NCBI GenBank assembly: GCA_964643045.1
Contig: CAZXSC010000001.1
Coordinates: 2,296 to 66,295 of the forward strand
DNA: 64,000 nucleotides
DNA from: an uncultured Rhodospirillaceae bacterium
GTDB lineage: Bacteria > Pseudomonadota > Alphaproteobacteria > Rhodospirillales > UBA2165
Reading direction: 5' to 3'
The notes below the pieces were generated by a model that was given only the letters and a program-made list of their open reading frames with translations, did no database searches and was not told the origin of the DNA. The position numbers were made by a program, and so were the translations under genes. Positions 59,664-64,000 of the stretch are shown piece after piece. Every line of letters starts with the position of its first letter. Positions within the stretch are counted from its first letter, which is position 1.

Positions 59664-59773
59664 AGCTAACCGATTAATTGTCAATTAATTAAGAAAAGGA
59701 ATTTTTTTACGTACTAAAGCTGGCTTGTAAGAGTTATCTTTTGGGGGGTAAAAATTTTAGCAGGGTTAAGGGA

Positions 59774-61606
59774 TTAGGATAATAGGTTTTTCCACACTTT
59801 TTCACTCGGTTTGGTAAAAAACTCCTTTAAATACTCAACCTGGTTTTTGCATAGTTCATCACCCAGGTGAGGTGTGGCTATGAATTTTTTTATCGCTGTA
59901 TTTAATTCTTCTGTCGTTTGATATTTTGGCTGCTTTCGCAGAAAAAGCTTATCAAGATCAAATCGAATTAACGAGCTAACAAATATAGCGGGTACATTCT
60001 CATAAGACGCGTCAAAAACTGTGCCCGACGAGGTGTATAGCAATAAATCGCATTTGCCCAACAGGTTAGATACTAGACTATTGGAAAATTCAACCTGATT
60101 AATATTCGGGAGATTAAGAATTATACTTTTTACAGATTTGATAAGAAAATCCTCGCTAGTTGGGTGAAAATTAATCAGAACCTTTATATCCTTAATGTTT
60201 TTTACTGCATATACTGCTTTTACACAGAGCTCGGTAGCCTCTATTGTTTCCATCGGACAACTAACCAAGATATACTTTATTTTGTTTGATTTTCTTCTTT
60301 TGACTTTAAAATTGTGAGCACCAAACTTATCAAGTTTAAGTGATCCCCCGACGACTAGTCGATCAGAAGGCGCCCCGCGTAAAATAAGTTGTTTTTTAAA
60401 ATTTTCCCCAATCGTAACAAGGGTATCTGGTGTAGTTTTTTCATGCCACTGACGTTGACTAGGGTAAACACTCAAATATCGGTCCGAAAAAGGTGAGTGT
60501 TGTACCCCAATTAATTTTGTGTTCGGTAAATGTTTTCTGAAGCTTGTTAATATTATCTTTTCCCACGGCTGGTTTTCATAAGTATAAATAAGGAATGTCG
60601 GAAAGATATTTTGATGCTTGATGTTTTTAGCAATATTTTTTAACAATAATGCTTGAATAATTTGTGAACTCGTCAGTTCTTTCCATATATATTGCCGAAC
60701 AACCGAGGAAAGGTCTAGGCCCGCTACACTTAGATTATTTTGGACTGAAAATGGAAAAAATATCCAACCCCAAATTGCCCCTACCATGTCTTTATATCTT
60801 ATAAGTGCTGGCAAGGGGATGACATAATCGTATGCATTGGACGAATTTATTATGATACTTGAGGTCTCTTCTAACCATGAAAGGGGGTTGCCAAGCCAGT
60901 TAGGAGTATGGCCTAATTCTCTTATCCACTTGGGTAAAACCCCAAAATTCGAATCATGATTTTTTGGTCTGTTCAATGGAAATGTGTCTGATTTTATCCA
61001 GCTTAAAAGGAAGATTTTGTTTTCCTTTTTTTTATTCCTGTTGTGCCATTTCCGTCCAGCGGAAATTTTTTTTACCGAAAATAGGACTCCCGAAATGAAG
61101 GCTTTGAATATTCTAATCCAATTATAAGAAAAGAAATCTTTTATGGTGTGATGGCGCGTCACTTTTACTCCGTTGTCTTTGCATGTATTCCACAAGATTT
61201 TTCTAAATTCGCAATCGTCGATGATTGCGTAATGCCGGCCACCTTGATGTGCGGCTTCGATTATTGCTATTGTTTGGCAGATATTAAGAAGGAAATCGGA
61301 TTGGTAAGGGTTTTTTTCTCCTAGATTGCTTGCTAACCAGCTATGATAAAAATTTCCCGTCACTAATTTTTGGTCTATTTCTGCAAACTCTTTATTTAGG
61401 CGGGATGCAATTTCATTAACTTTTTCTCCAATCCGAGCACAGGCGGTACTTTTATCTAGTAGGTGTGAAATATTTGAATAGGTAGTAATATTATTTGAGA
61501 ATATCCAGACGGTATGAGAGCTTAAGTCATTTGGCCACGAGGATTTTTTTGGGCCTAGAATTTGAATTGAACCTAGAGAGGTCAAATCAAGGAGCATCCA
61601 CTGCAA
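59774..61606 (-). CDS. 610-aa hypothetical protein; C-terminal half GT-B/TagF-like
   Basis: I recognise no family for aa 1-300. The C-terminal part has VLINFHP... and CDLLLYTSSGTVFDASYENVPAIFV, which resemble the HP / DxLITDYSSvxFD pattern of TagF-type and related GT-B enzymes. Confidence 0.55.
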   Translation of the reverse strand: MQWMLLDLTSLGSIQILGPKKSSWPNDLSSHTVWIFSNNITTYSNISHLLDKSTACARIGEKVNEIASRLNKEFAEIDQKLVTGNFYHSWLASNLGEKNPYQSDFLLNICQTIAIIEAAHQGGRHYAIIDDCEFRKILWNTCKDNGVKVTRHHTIKDFFSYNWIRIFKAFISGVLFSVKKISAGRKWHNRNKKKENKIFLLSWIKSDTFPLNRPKNHDSNFGVLPKWIRELGHTPNWLGNPLSWLEETSSIIINSSNAYDYVIPLPALIRYKDMVGAIWGWIFFPFSVQNNLSVAGLDLSSVVRQYIWKELTSSQIIQALLLKNIAKNIKHQNIFPTFLIYTYENQPWEKIILTSFRKHLPNTKLIGVQHSPFSDRYLSVYPSQRQWHEKTTPDTLVTIGENFKKQLILRGAPSDRLVVGGSLKLDKFGAHNFKVKRRKSNKIKYILVSCPMETIEATELCVKAVYAVKNIKDIKVLINFHPTSEDFLIKSVKSIILNLPNINQVEFSNSLVSNLLGKCDLLLYTSSGTVFDASYENVPAIFVSSLIRFDLDKLFLRKQPKYQTTEELNTAIKKFIATPHLGDELCKNQVEYLKEFFTKPSEKVWKNLLS

Positions 61607-62739
61607 GGAGTAAGGGAACGTCGCATGGATTTGGAGTGTATTTTCCGGAGCTTTTGGTACTTATCACCAGTCCAAATTGTGCTCAGGTTAGCTTCGTTAA
61701 TATTGCCGACGGCTAGCGTTGACCGATAATCAACATCACAAGGGTTTATGACCCCATTCCACCAAACAAATGTTCTACGCCATAAATCTGAGCAGTGGTC
61801 AGTTATATTATTTTTCTCTGTAACGTAGGCGCTTTCCCACGGGTTGTAAGCAACAAAAGCAACTTGGTCGACAAATTCGTGCCAAAATCTTTCAATTTTT
61901 GAAAAATTCTGCTCATCGGAGAAACAAACACCGGACACTCTTGTGATAGTTCGGTTATCTGGATAGTGTTTTGTTTTAATTTTGTTAAAAAGATTTATCT
62001 TAGATAGAACGTCGTCCAAATTACCATTAACACGTAATTTAGAATAGAGCTCTTTGTCTGAGGCATCTGCAGAAAATACGAGAGTATTCGGCTCAGCGGC
62101 CAAAATAGCGTGCGCCTTCTTTTCTGTAATAAACGATGCGTTAGTGTTTATTTTTAGACCTAAGAACTTCCCAGATAAGTACTCTAACATTGGGATAATT
62201 TCTTTGGCCATTAGAGGCTCCCCTCTTGATGCAAGGGTAACTGCTTCCACGTTTTCTTCTATTTGATCAATAATATTTTTAAAAGTGTCTAAATCCATCA
62301 TACCCATGTGGCCGTGCCGACCTTGGGTTAGCAAAGGGTCTGTTTGATAACAAAATACGCAGCGATAATTACATATTGATGTTGGTTCAATTTGGACACA
62401 AGGGGGGTAGTTATCCAGTTTTTTCTCTACTGGATAAATATCATATCGATATCGGTAGAATAAATAACGTGGTAATTCATCATCATTTAACAGACGTATT
62501 TCTTCAAAAATATGGGGGTGAAGTTCAAACTTATTAGGTGATGTCTTTGTTTCCATCAGAACATCATCGCATGCTTTTTTTACGATAGCATGAATCTTTT
62601 TGGGAACGTTTTTTAAATCTGACCGCAGAGCTTCGAGCCGTTTAAGTTGTGTGAGGTCTGATTTGGCACCGCTGATTTGGGTAAAACTATCAGATTTTTT
62701 ATAAACAAGGCTTCTGTTTTGCGATAAATTTTGATTCAT
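61582..62739 (-). CDS. radical SAM / SPASM-domain protein with ~130-aa N-terminal extension
   Basis: I prefer the ATG at 62739, 2 nt after the upstream stop, over the track start at 62775. It has CNYRCVFC (CX3CX2C). The C-terminal cysteines are CSDLW...NPCDVDY...TPCSGCS. Confidence 0.8.
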   Translation of the reverse strand: MNQNLSQNRSLVYKKSDSFTQISGAKSDLTQLKRLEALRSDLKNVPKKIHAIVKKACDDVLMETKTSPNKFELHPHIFEEIRLLNDDELPRYLFYRYRYDIYPVEKKLDNYPPCVQIEPTSICNYRCVFCYQTDPLLTQGRHGHMGMMDLDTFKNIIDQIEENVEAVTLASRGEPLMAKEIIPMLEYLSGKFLGLKINTNASFITEKKAHAILAAEPNTLVFSADASDKELYSKLRVNGNLDDVLSKINLFNKIKTKHYPDNRTITRVSGVCFSDEQNFSKIERFWHEFVDQVAFVAYNPWESAYVTEKNNITDHCSDLWRRTFVWWNGVINPCDVDYRSTLAVGNINEANLSTIWTGDKYQKLRKIHSKSMRRSLTPCSGCSLI

Positions 62740-62741
62740 AT

Positions 62742-63743
62742 TTATAACAGTGGTTTTTGTGCGGTTATCCAACAATGGGACGATAGCTGATTGTTAGATA
62801 AAAATTCCTGGAAATTTTCTAGAATTTCTGGTCTTTTACTTAAAAGGAGTTTTTCAAAATTGCTAAGGTTTATGGTGTCATCCATGAGCGTTTTAGCAAC
62901 AATCTCTACGTCGAGTTTTCCAGGGGTCCGGATGTCAATATTGCCAAAGCCCGCCCTCAAAAATAACAGTTCATATCCTTCGACTGAGCAAAAATTGATA
63001 TGATGTGGTGGCGTGATGCTTTTTGATTTTACCCCAAGTACTTTGATATCAAATCCATCGCCGCAAAGACCCGTTGCAATTACTAGTCCCCCGGGTCGTG
63101 TAAACTTAAGCAACGATGTTACAAACTCCAAAGAGTTTGTAACATGTTCCAAAACTTCAAATGACACCACTATATCGCCAATATTTGACCATTCATCGGC
63201 TTCTTCAGAAGTTTTTTCAAGAACGTCTATACCGAGTTCTCTACAACGTTGGGCCATGATAGGATTAGGTTCTATGGCTTTTCGTTCTGTGTTAGGGGAT
63301 ACTTTTCTCCATTCTTCGAGAAAAATACCATGTCCAGCGCCTACTTCTATGATAACCTTTGGGGTTATATTTTTGCTGGCAGCTATTTCATGAACTTGTT
63401 TTATCCGCGGTATGAATATTTTTTTTCGCCTAGTTTCAATAACGCTTGGCAGAAATTTTTCAGCGAAAAATTTTGCTGATGTGCCATCTGTATAAAACCT
63501 ATTAAATACATCTTTTGGAGGACGAGGATTTACAAATAAGCTATAGCATTGTTGGCAGGTACAGTAAGTAAAATTATTTTTTTCAAAAGTTACTTTGTTA
63601 TTATCACTGCCGCAACCGGGGCAATCACAATGGTATCGTGGGACGTCTATAAAGAATGTATTTACATCTTCTTCGCTTAGATTGAGGAGTTGGTCAAAAA
63701 GTTTCTTGGGTCGAATGTCCTCTTCTTTCACGTTATTCGCCAC
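62742..63743 (-). CDS. class I SAM-dependent methyltransferase with N-terminal zinc-ribbon
   Basis: 333 aa from a GTG start. It has CDCPGCGS...CTCQQC (4-Cys ribbon) and the SAM motif IIEVGAGHGIF. Confidence 0.75.
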   Translation of the reverse strand: MANNVKEEDIRPKKLFDQLLNLSEEDVNTFFIDVPRYHCDCPGCGSDNNKVTFEKNNFTYCTCQQCYSLFVNPRPPKDVFNRFYTDGTSAKFFAEKFLPSVIETRRKKIFIPRIKQVHEIAASKNITPKVIIEVGAGHGIFLEEWRKVSPNTERKAIEPNPIMAQRCRELGIDVLEKTSEEADEWSNIGDIVVSFEVLEHVTNSLEFVTSLLKFTRPGGLVIATGLCGDGFDIKVLGVKSKSITPPHHINFCSVEGYELLFLRAGFGNIDIRTPGKLDVEIVAKTLMDDTINLSNFEKLLLSKRPEILENFQEFLSNNQLSSHCWITAQKPLL

Positions 63744-64000
63744 CCGCTATAGAAATTATTTCTCCGGTCGTAAATTTGTTTTCCGTTGATGCCAGCCAGA
63801 ATAATGCTCCAGCAATTTCATCCGCCTTCGCGAGTCTTTTTGCTGGTATTGAATTTGCTCTGACAGAAAGATCTTTTTCTTTTATTTTATTGTGCATGCG
63901 TGTTTTTGTTACGCCAATTCTTGCAATGTTAATGAATACATTGTTCGACGCCCAAGTCCTGCATTCTTGGGGAATAAATTCTAGTGCATGCTTTGATAAG
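63733..64000 (-). CDS. short-chain dehydrogenase/reductase, C-terminal part (5' end off the window)
   Basis: My own minus-strand translation gives ...INIARIGVTKTRMHNKI...IPAKRLAKADEIAGALFWLASTENKFTTGEIISIAGGE*. This is a typical classical-SDR C-terminus. The stop at 63733-63735 overlaps the downstream GTG start by 11 nt. Confidence 0.7.
   Translation of the reverse strand, partial: LSKHALEFIPQECRTWASNNVFINIARIGVTKTRMHNKIKEKDLSVRANSIPAKRLAKADEIAGALFWLASTENKFTTGEIISIAGGE

Noticed and set aside
1-64000. A search for CRISPR arrays, rRNA genes, IS elements or transposases, toxin-antitoxin pairs and recognisable anti-phage defence genes.
   Set aside because: I saw no regularly spaced 25-40-bp repeats, no rRNA-like sequence, no DDE/transposase-like ORF, and no small two-gene cassettes with TA-like features. 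The only mobile-element signature is the integrase fragment at 39932-40471.

Overview
The window reads as the origin-proximal region of an alphaproteobacterial chromosome that looks moderately AT-rich by eye. All calls come from reading the sequence and the ORF translations. No similarity search, GC-skew or structure calculation was run.

Layout:
- 1-37 kb is conserved housekeeping. A DUF299/RP001-type gene and hemE flank a 495-bp AT-rich gap carrying DnaA-box-like 9-mers, which I take as the putative oriC. Next come hemE-hemH-hemJ, rho, mnmE-mnmG-rsmG-parA-parB with two parS palindromes, holA-lptE-leuS, a porin, ftsK-lolA, amtB-glnK, a UbiH-family hydroxylase, a CnoX/LON-N/Trm112 operon and a YbaK-type deacylase.
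- 37.0-40.6 kb starts with tRNA-Gly(GCC). It is followed by a visibly AT-richer island remnant with iteron-like short repeats, a 635-aa orphan protein carrying right-hand (family-A-like) polymerase-type motifs, and an integrase fragment that has only the N-terminal arm domain.
- 40.7-45.5 kb holds accessory genes: two amidohydrolase-superfamily enzymes, a TPR-GT9 fusion and a GmhA-like SIS protein.
- 45.5-47.1 kb is purH.
- 47.2-64.0 kb is a surface-polysaccharide locus that runs off the right edge.

The polysaccharide locus is the most unusual content. It contains two separate radical-SAM/SPASM enzymes. One sits next to a TylC3-type C-methyltransferase, a cupin and a UXS-like decarboxylase. 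The other sits next to a zinc-ribbon methyltransferase, an SDR and a 610-aa GT-B-like orphan.

I saw no rRNA, CRISPR array, intact transposase or intact integrase.
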